This document shows, in pieces, positions 8,280 to 18,667 of a stretch of DNA of 38,962 bases. Origin of the DNA: Phycisphaerales bacterium (GTDB lineage: Bacteria > Planctomycetota > Phycisphaerae > Phycisphaerales > SM1A02); contig JBILDS010000001.1 of assembly GCA_044352505.1 (NCBI GenBank), forward strand, positions 1-38,962, in the 5' to 3' direction. The translations under genes and the position numbers were made by a program. How positions within the stretch are numbered: position 1 is the stretch's first letter; every line of letters starts with the position of its first letter. The notes beneath the pieces were generated by a model that saw only the letters and a list, made by a program, of their open reading frames with translations, did not search any database and was not told the origin of the DNA.

Positions 8280-10133
8280 TCAACCGCCCCACGCGCTCAG
8301 AAGCGTCGCGAGATCGCTTGCGGCCACAGCGCCGTCAAGATCCAAATCGGCCGGGGAGTTCTGTGCGCCCCACGCACTCAGCATGGTCGCGAGATCGGCC
8401 GCGTCGACTGCGCCGTTTGCGTCTAGGTCGCCGCGCACAAACGTCGCACGACTCCAAAAGCTGGTGAGATCCGCGTCATCGATGTCGCCATCGCCATCAA
8501 AGTCCATCATCTCCCGGCCCGGTACAAGCGGCCCAAGCCCCCACTGCGCAAACTGTGCCCAATCACTGATCCCAACGACACCGTCGCCGTCGACATCTCC
8601 CAAACGCGACGGCGGAAAGGCCGTCCACGTCGAGTTCATTGCGAGACCCGTGAAGATTCGAACCGGACCACCAGTTGGCCAACGCACCTCAATCGACGCG
8701 ACGCCGAGCGCGTCTCCGAGGCCGAAATGCAGGGTGGTTTCGTTCTGTGCCAAGAATGCGTTTCCTCCGCAAAGAACCTCGCACCATTGCGGAGCAAGCG
8801 CGTGACCCTTGGCGCCGAGTGCCGCCAACGTTGCCGACGCGCCAATCGCATCGCGCACACGACCCTCACCTGCAACCCGCAGTCGCAGCCAGTTGCGCTG
8901 TGAGCCCTCTTGATTCATGAAGAGCCGTACTGGACCGCCGTAGTTGTTCACCACAAGGTCGAGATCGCCGTCGTTGTCAAGATCACCAACCGCTGAGGCA
9001 AACGAGAGGTTGGCGCTGCCGGTGACAGCAGCTGTAGTGGCCACGTCCGCCATCGGGGGTGCGCCCGGGTTCCGGAAGAGCGCGTTCGGCTGAGTCTCGT
9101 TGTTCACGTAGAGATCAAGATCGCGATCATTGTCAAAGTCCCAGAAGATTGCCCCCCAACTCATCTTCAGGTTCGTGACACCCCACTGCTCCTCTCCGCG
9201 GGCGTACACACCCTTCGATGTACTCAAAAGAAGCGGATTCACGCCAAAAAGAGGTGGTGCAGGGTCGGGCAAGTTTGTGAAGTAGAAGTCGGGTCGCGCG
9301 TCGCCATTGAGATCGCCGCACGCGACGCCCATAGAACACAGCGAAACGTGCATCCCGGTTGTTGCCGAGACATCGATGAATGCCCCTTCCGCGTTGCGCC
9401 AGAGTTGATTCGGAACATTTCCGAGGCCTCGATCATTACTCACGCAGAGATCCGGCCACGAATCACGGTCATAGTCGCTCCAGACCGATTGGTAACTCAA
9501 GCCCGTCGACGCGACGCCGAGTGTCGGCGCCATATCCTCGAATGCGCCGTCGCCTTTGTTGCGAAGAAGCATGTTGGGAACGATGGCTGAGTACGTACAA
9601 AGTGCAACGTCGAGCCATCCGTCGCCGTCGAAGTCGGCCACGCTCACCCCGGTGGCCGGCACGATGAATCCGAGTCCTGCGGACTCTGAGACATCGCTGA
9701 ACACGAGTCCACCGTTGTTTCGATAGAGCCGAGTGGGGTGATACTTCTGCGCAATCAGGAGATCGAGATCGCCATCGCGGTCGTAATCGAAAGCTGCAAC
9801 CCCAGCACCAGAGGGTGAGATTGCAAGACCACTTGCTGCGCTGCGGTTGGTGAAGTTTCCAGTACCGTTGTTCTCGTACACCCCAACAAGTCCATCGGGG
9901 CGGCCGAGGAACACGAGATCAAGATCCCCATCGCCATCGAGATCTGCCAGCGCCATTCCGTAACCATCCTGCGGCGCCGTGATCGGCGGGGCGAAACTCA
10001 TGTTGTAGATCACGCCGCGCGCTGAGTGCTCGCTGGTGAAGGGCACGACAGACTGAGCCCCTGCGTGGGATCCGAAGAATCCGCCCGCGAAGACTGGGAC
10101 GATTGAGAAAACCCGGAAACTGCTCGTACACAT
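8280..10133 (-). CDS. CRTAC1-family FG-GAP/VCBS + ASPIC/UnbV protein with C-terminal dockerin/EF-hand-like repeats
   Basis: 617-aa ORF with ATG at 10133 and a signal-like N-terminus. Multiple DxDGDGxxD loops and an UnbV-like block (WLRLRVAG...AIGASATL). The C-terminal repeats DVDGDGVVGISDW, DFDGDGDIDDADLTSF, DLDANGAVDAADLATMLSAWG and DLDLDGAVAASDLATLLSAWGG resemble dockerin type I. Confidence 0.8.
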   Translation of the reverse strand: MCTSSFRVFSIVPVFAGGFFGSHAGAQSVVPFTSEHSARGVIYNMSFAPPITAPQDGYGMALADLDGDGDLDLVFLGRPDGLVGVYENNGTGNFTNRSAASGLAISPSGAGVAAFDYDRDGDLDLLIAQKYHPTRLYRNNGGLVFSDVSESAGLGFIVPATGVSVADFDGDGWLDVALCTYSAIVPNMLLRNKGDGAFEDMAPTLGVASTGLSYQSVWSDYDRDSWPDLCVSNDRGLGNVPNQLWRNAEGAFIDVSATTGMHVSLCSMGVACGDLNGDARPDFYFTNLPDPAPPLFGVNPLLLSTSKGVYARGEEQWGVTNLKMSWGAIFWDFDNDRDLDLYVNNETQPNALFRNPGAPPMADVATTAAVTGSANLSFASAVGDLDNDGDLDLVVNNYGGPVRLFMNQEGSQRNWLRLRVAGEGRVRDAIGASATLAALGAKGHALAPQWCEVLCGGNAFLAQNETTLHFGLGDALGVASIEVRWPTGGPVRIFTGLAMNSTWTAFPPSRLGDVDGDGVVGISDWAQFAQWGLGPLVPGREMMDFDGDGDIDDADLTSFWSRATFVRGDLDANGAVDAADLATMLSAWGAQNSPADLDLDGAVAASDLATLLSAWGG

Positions 10134-10196
10134 ACAGCCGCGTAAGTTTCGCGCGGCGCCGCGGCAAAATCAAGACTCCTTGCGCGTTTCGCCGAC

Positions 10197-12455
<2,259 letters not shown>

Positions 12456-12656
12456 TCATTTCGAAACAGAACGTGCGGCCAAGCCAAAGGTCGCTGTCTC
12501 CGCGACAACGCCGCGACTTTTGGCCGATTCGCACCGAATCTCCAGTGTACGCGGAGACGACCTTCGCAGGGAACCCCCCCTGATCAACCGAAACCGAACC
12601 AGTTCCCGCGCCCGCCACGCGCGTCTCAACCAACCATTGGACTGGAGGGTTCCTCG

Positions 12657-13187
12657 ATGCAGCAAGAACACAACGATTCGACCGCCGCGATCTCTACCGA
12701 AAACGGCACACGCACGCGGCCAATTCACCGTGGTCTTCAAGCGGTTGCGCTTCTCGCCGCGGTCGCGCTCGCCGCCGGATTGATCGCGTCACCACCCCTC
12801 GCAAGCATGTCCGCGGTGGTTCTCGCAAGCACGTGCACTTTCCTCGTTTTGCTCAACCTTGGTCGTTCGCGCGAACGAACCGTCGCGCGTGCGCTTCACC
12901 ACAAGATGACCATCGGTGACGCTGCCCGACGAGCTGGGACCCGCGCTGCACTTCGTATCGGAATTGCATTGATGTTGGCAACAGCGGTCGTCGCCGCGAT
13001 CTCCCTCGATCGCACAACGGTCGCAGCGGGAGTTGCATTCGTACTCGCTGCGTTCACCGTGCTTGGAGCTCCAGCGTGGATTGCCGCTGTCGGAGATGAA
13101 GAAGAGGCAACAACGACCGCCCTCACGCGATCAGGTTCAACACCACCGGCAATCGGTCGGCGTGAGGCTGAGGAGCGGAACCCGTAA
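12657..13187 (+). CDS. Hypothetical small integral membrane protein (about 4 TM helices)
   Basis: Internal ATG at 12657 preceded by GGAGGG. Four hydrophobic stretches. No recognisable family. The ORF-track start at 12411 would overlap icd. Confidence 0.5.
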   Translation: MQQEHNDSTAAISTENGTRTRPIHRGLQAVALLAAVALAAGLIASPPLASMSAVVLASTCTFLVLLNLGRSRERTVARALHHKMTIGDAARRAGTRAALRIGIALMLATAVVAAISLDRTTVAAGVAFVLAAFTVLGAPAWIAAVGDEEEATTTALTRSGSTPPAIGRREAEERNP

Positions 13188-13226
13188 GTTGGCGCCGCTT
13201 CTGCGTGTACTTCACCACCGGCGTTC

Positions 13227-13262
13227 GTGACAGCGCCGGGCACAAGTGCCCAGCGCTGTCAC
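13227..13262. terminator. Strong GC-rich hairpin between convergent genes (putative bidirectional terminator, no T-tract)
   Basis: gtgacagcgc-c-gggcac-aa-gtgccc-a-gcgctgtcac: 10 + 6 bp of perfect pairing, located between the stops at 13187 (+) and 13297 (-). Confidence 0.5.
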
Positions 13263-13296
13263 ATGATTGCCGCACCACTTGCGCTCAAACGCGCGT

Positions 13297-14304
13297 TCAG
13301 TCCGTCGACTCCGAGGCTGCTTCAGCCGCGGTCGTCACAGCAGGTGCGGTCGGTACTGCGCACGCCTTCGCAAGCGCAAGAAGGCACTCTCGTGCAAGGA
13401 CAAGCCGCCCCGCGTCCGTGAGATCATGCGCGCCACGCCCATACTCAGGTGCGAGTGCCGGCCAACGCTCGTCTTGCACCACCACGATTTCCTCGCTTCC
13501 ATCGAGTCGGACACTCTCAGCGGCTGCGACATCGAAGATGGTCTCATTCGCAAACCGCTTCCGCAGCAACGCATTGAAGCGTCCGCGCGTCGCGTTGGCG
13601 GCATCAGGACCGATGCGTGCAATCTTCTTGATCGCGGCCTTCGCACCATGATCTGGTTCGCGAAGTGGCGCAGTGCAGTGCACGATCCGCAGCGTTGGAC
13701 GCTCACGACGAATTGTCTCGATCGCGTGCACGTACCGTTCGAGCACACGATTGACATCGGTCGAGCGACCGATGTCGGCGCAGGAAAACTTGAGAAGCGC
13801 GACGTCGATCGTTGCGGCCTCATCTGAAAGGAGGAACGCTTCAAACGCGTCGATCTTGTCCTCTGGTTCGCCATTGTGACCGACCGAAACGCTGAAAATG
13901 CCGGGGCGATCAAACGACTGCGCTGTCTCGTCTTCGCTCCTATCTCGCGCGCGGCGCTCACCTCGATAGACGCGCACGGCATACGCAAGCTCAGGCTTCC
14001 GCGACGCGATCGTCCGCAAGCCAGCGGCGATCTCCGAGCCCAAGGCGTCGTGGACGAAGCAGATTCGTTGGACTCGTACCGCGGCCCACTGCGTTTCACC
14101 AATCCGGTCGAGCGCCGAGAGATCGACCTCTGTCGCCGCGCGCGTTCGAGTCCGCGTCTCTCCATCTTGTGGCGGCGCTGCCGCGTGGGAGACCCCCGCC
14201 GTCACGCGGAGGGTGTCGGCCGCGCATACCGCGGACACTGAGGCGAACAGCGCCAGAGGCGCTGAAAACGCGGCAACCGCCGCACGACGTCTTGAATATC
14301 GCAT
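13297..14304 (-). CDS. Secreted hypothetical protein, weakly SGNH/GDSL-hydrolase-like
   Basis: 335-aa ORF with ATG at 14304 preceded by GGGGAGA. RR-containing signal peptide (MRYSRRRAAVAAFSAPLALFASVSAVCA). Weak resemblance to SGNH blocks (FVHDALG, VGHNGE, GAHDLTDAGRLVLA), but the block-I serine position holds Ala. The functional call is low confidence. Confidence 0.6.
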   Translation of the reverse strand: MRYSRRRAAVAAFSAPLALFASVSAVCAADTLRVTAGVSHAAAPPQDGETRTRTRAATEVDLSALDRIGETQWAAVRVQRICFVHDALGSEIAAGLRTIASRKPELAYAVRVYRGERRARDRSEDETAQSFDRPGIFSVSVGHNGEPEDKIDAFEAFLLSDEAATIDVALLKFSCADIGRSTDVNRVLERYVHAIETIRRERPTLRIVHCTAPLREPDHGAKAAIKKIARIGPDAANATRGRFNALLRKRFANETIFDVAAAESVRLDGSEEIVVVQDERWPALAPEYGRGAHDLTDAGRLVLARECLLALAKACAVPTAPAVTTAAEAASESTD

Positions 14305-14555
14305 CGAGATCTTCTCCCCTTCTCTTCTACCCGGTTCTTGTCCCGTTGGCGGGGCGGCGCGCGACGTTCACAGCCGATCGCGTCACCCCGCCAACGTGTG
14401 CGCTGGTCTTGGGTTTCGAACCATGCACCGCGCGTGGGCGATGCTATCGCTCGACGCCCGCAACTCTGCACGGAAGCTTCCCAAGTGCGTGCAACGTGTC
14501 GAATGCAGGATGGATTCCTCCGTGCGACTCCCATACGCGTAGCCGCCAGAACCAC

Positions 14556-15383
14556 TCATGCCTGCGCAAGTCCCTCGCGAATCGCGAAGCGCATAAGCTC
14601 GGCGCGCGTGAAGACCCGCAACTTCTTCATGATGCGCTCTTGGTGTCCATCGACCGTCTTTGGGCTGCGCGCAAGCTCGTTCCCAATCTCGCCGCGCGAC
14701 ATCCCCTTTCCGATGAGACGAAGCACCTCAAGTTCGCGCTGTGTGAGCGACTCGAGAAGTGTTGCGGGCGGACCCGACGGCGCAGTACCTCGTGGCTGCT
14801 GCTTGCCGACAACTCGGCCGTTGCGAATCTTCGGTGGTTGGCAGCGCGCGCGCACCTTGGAACCCATGATGAATGTGCCCTCTGCACATCGCGCGATCCG
14901 CTTCAGACCATCGACGATCTCTTCGAGATCGTCGCCCTTCGCAAAGTAGCCGGACGCGCCGCAGCGGAAGGCGCTTGCAAGAAAGCCATCACGAATGTGT
15001 GCGCTCAGAAACGCGAAGCGTGCCAACGGATGCAGATGGTGAAGTCGATCGGCAACTTCGAAGACGTCCGGCCCCGGCATCTCGATATCAAGTAGCACCA
15101 CGTCAGGCTGATGCTCCACGACTGCGTCGATGAGGTGTTCCGCAGATTCAAGGCTCGCCACGCAACGGATCTGCCCGTCGGCCGCGAACTGCGCCTTCAA
15201 ACCTTCTACAAGCACCACATGGTCGTCAACGCAGATCACCCGAACGAGCGCACGCTGCTGCTCTCTTGGTGCTGCGCCGTTCGAGACGCCATCGGCCAAG
15301 CGGCGTTTCGCAACCGCACGCGGCATGTCTGTCTCTGTCGTCCCGATGTCGCTGCGTCCGATCATTGTCACTGATTCACCCAT
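14556..15383 (-). CDS. Two-component response regulator, NarL/FixJ (LuxR-type HTH) family
   Basis: Receiver motifs (VICVDDHVVLVEG, DVVLLDIEMPG, YFAKG). C-terminal LuxR HTH (LTQRELEVLRLIGKGMSRGEIGNELARSPKTVDGHQERIMKKL). I take the ATG at 15383, which overlaps the kinase stop by 8 nt. An ATG at 15365 is an alternative start. Confidence 0.85.
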   Translation of the reverse strand: MGESVTMIGRSDIGTTETDMPRAVAKRRLADGVSNGAAPREQQRALVRVICVDDHVVLVEGLKAQFAADGQIRCVASLESAEHLIDAVVEHQPDVVLLDIEMPGPDVFEVADRLHHLHPLARFAFLSAHIRDGFLASAFRCGASGYFAKGDDLEEIVDGLKRIARCAEGTFIMGSKVRARCQPPKIRNGRVVGKQQPRGTAPSGPPATLLESLTQRELEVLRLIGKGMSRGEIGNELARSPKTVDGHQERIMKKLRVFTRAELMRFAIREGLAQA

Positions 15384-17586
15384 GATGTCGCTCCTCTGGT
15401 TTCGCCACGCGACTCGCCAACACTTGGCGAATCGCAGTGTCGATGTTGGAAATTTCAATCGGCGATGCCACAAAGGTCACGCCGAAATCTGCAAGCGCTG
15501 GCCGGCTGGTGTCCGCCCCCGATCCGATCACGATCAAATCACGCGCCGGACGACGATCGCACCAGCGCTTGACACGTGCAAGCTCCAAGCTCGAATCGGA
15601 TGCAACGCATACGTCGGCGCAATCCGGATCGTTCGCTTCAACCGGGTCAACTCCGTAGGTCCGCAGCAGCGAAAAGATGACGTCGAGTAATCGACCATCC
15701 GATGGAACAACCGCGACGGCAAGCGGCGCATCGACGAAGACATCGGGTCGCGCGATCGGCATCAGGATTCGCACTGTGGTTCCGACTCCAGGCTGCGAGT
15801 TCAGCTCAATCCGTGCGCCCACTCGATCCACGATGGAGCGAACGATCGGCAATCCGAGCCCTGTTCCGATGCCGCGCGGCTTCGTCGTGAAATAGGCATC
15901 AAATGCACGGCGGCGCGCGTCATCGCCCATTCCAATTCCGTTGTCTGCAAACTCAAACGTGACGTGCTCCGAATCGAAGACTGTGCCCCGCAACAAGACG
16001 CGTGAAAGTTCACGCGGGCGTTCCACGGGCATCGCCTCCGCTGCGTTGATGAGAAGCGCCAACGCGACACGGGTCAGAGACTGCTCGTCGATCGCGACAC
16101 GCGGGAGCGCAGGGTCAATTGCAACATCAAGCGTCGCACGTTCGTGAAGTGCCTTGGCAAGAAGCGGCGCTGCACTCCCCCACCACGCAGCGGGATCGAC
16201 GGATGCAGTTGTAGACCGCTCATCCTCGGTCGCGAGAAGGTGTAGCCCGTCGGCAAGCGATTGCAACGCTGCGAAACCACGCCGAATCGAGCGAAAGTGC
16301 ATTCGCCGCGACACACGATCGCGTCGAACACGGCCATTTTCCAATGCGCGCACGTGAGCCCGTAATGGCAGCAACGCATTGTTCAGGTCATGCCCAAGAC
16401 CCGCGACGAGCGTTCCCATCGATGCCAAACGCTCACATTGGCGAGTTCTCGCATCAGCGTCTCGCCGCGCGCTCGCGTCGCGAACGAGAAGTGTTCTGCC
16501 ACGCTGCTGCGCACCCGCGCCCGCCACGACCTCCGCCGCAAACTCCGATCCGTCGCGTCGGCGCGCGCGCACCTCAGATACGTTGCCGAGGTGTTCACCC
16601 GCCGCGAGAGCAAACGGATCGCTCGGAAACAGCATCGAAAGCGGCATGCCACGAGCTTCCTCCTGCGAGAAGCCGAACACGAGCGACGCCGCATGGTTTG
16701 TGTCCACAACTCGGCCATCCACTCCAACCGTGAGAATTGCATCGCCTGCACCTTCGAGAATGGCATGGAGCCTCGACTCGGCCACGTGAAGCCGGCGCTC
16801 CAAGCAGTGCGTCACGAGTGCTGACGCGAATCGATCTGCAAGTAACAACGCGATGCATTCACGCTGTGGACCAAAACGCACAACCGAATCAAAGATGAAC
16901 CGCGCATTCCATGCAAACCGGCCTGGCCGCTTCACTTCCATCGTGATCACAGAGCGAACTCCCGCGTCCTCGAGCAGATGCCGAACCAAATGGCCATCGA
17001 GATGCACATCGAGGCGCACATCAGAAAGAACGCTGATCATCACCTCAAGGCCGCCGGGCGTCGTCGACAATCCATCGCGCGGCTGACTCAACGCACACCC
17101 CGAGTGGTGGAGAGACATCACCGCGTTCGCGACATGCTCCTCGGTGTCCACCACCGCGCGGAGCGTCTCTGTCGCCGGCGCAGAGGAGGACTCCGAGTGC
17201 ATTCTAAGTTCAGAGACGGCACCATGCGCGCCAAGCGACTCTGACGCAACGCGCAGCCAGTGCGCGAGCGCGTGTGATGGATCGGCACACTCCGCAAGGA
17301 CATGCAGCCGGGCACTCGTGCTCCGCCACTGAGCAACAAGTGCGGCGACGGCTTCAAGATGACCTTCTTCAAAGCCGTCTTCCCCAAGACGGTCTTCCCC
17401 AAGACGGTCTTCCCCATCTCGCGACATATCGAGCAATCGAGACGACTTCGTGTTCTCCGCACCCAAACGTACGAGCAGTCCGTCCGGACGCAAGGCAGAC
17501 GACGCAGTTTCGACGACCACCGCAAGAGAACTGCTGAAACCTGCGCTGTGTGCAGTTGACATGCAAGCAGAGTACCGGTCTCGCAT
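15376..17586 (-). CDS. Cytoplasmic sensor histidine kinase (unassigned N-terminal region, PAS, HisKA, HATPase_c, degenerate receiver-like tail)
   Basis: 736-aa ORF. PAS-like segment (ILEGAGDAILTVGVDGRVVDTNHAASLVFGF). H-box (GLGHDLNNALLPL). N, G1 and G2 boxes (LLINAAEA, DNGIGM, GTGLGLPIV). No hydrophobic TM segment. The last ~115 aa are receiver-like but lack the acidic pocket and the Lys. Confidence 0.85.
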   Translation of the reverse strand: MRDRYSACMSTAHSAGFSSSLAVVVETASSALRPDGLLVRLGAENTKSSRLLDMSRDGEDRLGEDRLGEDGFEEGHLEAVAALVAQWRSTSARLHVLAECADPSHALAHWLRVASESLGAHGAVSELRMHSESSSAPATETLRAVVDTEEHVANAVMSLHHSGCALSQPRDGLSTTPGGLEVMISVLSDVRLDVHLDGHLVRHLLEDAGVRSVITMEVKRPGRFAWNARFIFDSVVRFGPQRECIALLLADRFASALVTHCLERRLHVAESRLHAILEGAGDAILTVGVDGRVVDTNHAASLVFGFSQEEARGMPLSMLFPSDPFALAAGEHLGNVSEVRARRRDGSEFAAEVVAGAGAQQRGRTLLVRDASARRDADARTRQCERLASMGTLVAGLGHDLNNALLPLRAHVRALENGRVRRDRVSRRMHFRSIRRGFAALQSLADGLHLLATEDERSTTASVDPAAWWGSAAPLLAKALHERATLDVAIDPALPRVAIDEQSLTRVALALLINAAEAMPVERPRELSRVLLRGTVFDSEHVTFEFADNGIGMGDDARRRAFDAYFTTKPRGIGTGLGLPIVRSIVDRVGARIELNSQPGVGTTVRILMPIARPDVFVDAPLAVAVVPSDGRLLDVIFSLLRTYGVDPVEANDPDCADVCVASDSSLELARVKRWCDRRPARDLIVIGSGADTSRPALADFGVTFVASPIEISNIDTAIRQVLASRVAKPEERHHG
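17375..17415. repeat. In-frame 15-bp tandem repeat (about 2.7 copies of cggtcttccccaaga) encoding (GEDRL)n in the kinase N-terminal region
   Basis: Read directly from the sequence. Translates on the minus strand to DGEDRLGEDRLGEDGF. Confidence 0.9.
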
Positions 17587-18087
17587 CGCGTGCCAAGCGA
17601 AGACAGCGCAGGAGAATTCCCCGGTTTTCTGTTTCGTCGCATGCCACTCGAGTGAAAGAAACCCACGCCGAGAGCATTATCGACGTCCCGCGCACGTATC
17701 CCTGTGGATTCGGGCGGACTCAGCGTCATGATTCCAACGTGGCGACCAGCGTCACACATCGCCCATCGCGGATGTCGCGGTGGCAACGGTTTATATCGCA
17801 TCAGCTTGCGAGACACGACATGCGATTTCTCATCCGTCCGCTTCATGATCCCGATGCCATGCTCGATCTCACCGACGCTGTGGTGGATGCCATCGCGCGC
17901 CGCTTGGCAAGTACGTGCGGCGGCAACGACGTGCTCAACCGACTTGAGGCAGCATCGCATCTTGAGTCTCTGCTGCGTCGTTCCAAGGGTCAACAAGGCC
18001 TGACTTCGCACCACGAATCCATCCGAGGCGTTGAGGCAACGATCGGAGGTGCCTCTCCTGCTCCTACTGCATCTGGGGGGTTACTCG

Positions 18088-18612
18088 ATGACCGAAACGA
18101 TTCCAATCCAAGTGTTCGTCAGCGACAGCCGAAAAGCCATGCTTTACAAGGGGCAGATGCATAGGGGGCTGATGCACACACGCACGGCATCCAACGGCTC
18201 GTCGGACTCCCTGCCGCGCGTGCGACTTGAGCTTGTCGAGCGACTCGAAAGTCCATGGGTCGAGTTTCACGAGCACGGACGGCCTTGCGCGCTCGGGCAA
18301 GGGCCGAGCGCCAACGCAGCACAGCATTTTGCTGGTCAAGGACACGAGCGCGAGGAGATGGAGAAGCGCTTCGCAGGTCAAGTTGCAACGTGGATTGCGG
18401 CCCAGACGCGTTCGGCTCCGGAAGCTGCGGTGGTTGCGTGCGCGGATCCGCGTTTCCTTGGTTCGCTGCGCACAGCATGTGCGGCGGCGCGTGTTGAGAT
18501 TGAATTGACGCGCGGCGACTTCACCTGGATGCGACCTGCAGAACTTGGCGCACATCCGACGATTCGCTCCGCGCTCGACTCGGCCCGCGCCCGCGTGGTG
18601 ACCACCCGCTAA
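18088..18612 (+). CDS. Host-attachment-protein family protein
   Basis: Internal ATG at 18088 preceded by GGGGGG. The layout resembles the 'protein required for attachment to host cells' family: N-terminal IQVFVSDSRKAMLY strand, central FAGQVATWIA, C-terminal VVACADPRFLGSLRTA...ELTRGDFTWMRPAEL. The match is motif-level only. Confidence 0.6.
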   Translation: MTETIPIQVFVSDSRKAMLYKGQMHRGLMHTRTASNGSSDSLPRVRLELVERLESPWVEFHEHGRPCALGQGPSANAAQHFAGQGHEREEMEKRFAGQVATWIAAQTRSAPEAAVVACADPRFLGSLRTACAAARVEIELTRGDFTWMRPAELGAHPTIRSALDSARARVVTTR

Positions 18613-18667
18613 CCGCGAGGCCACAGGAATCGCAGCAATCGTGGGCAAAGCAAACAAGGAGATCAGG

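Noticed and set aside
14395-14425. tRNA-like T-loop string gggtttcgaacc
   Set aside because: The flanks cannot form a T-arm stem or an acceptor stem, and there is no cloverleaf. I found no tRNA anywhere in the intergenic regions I could inspect by eye.
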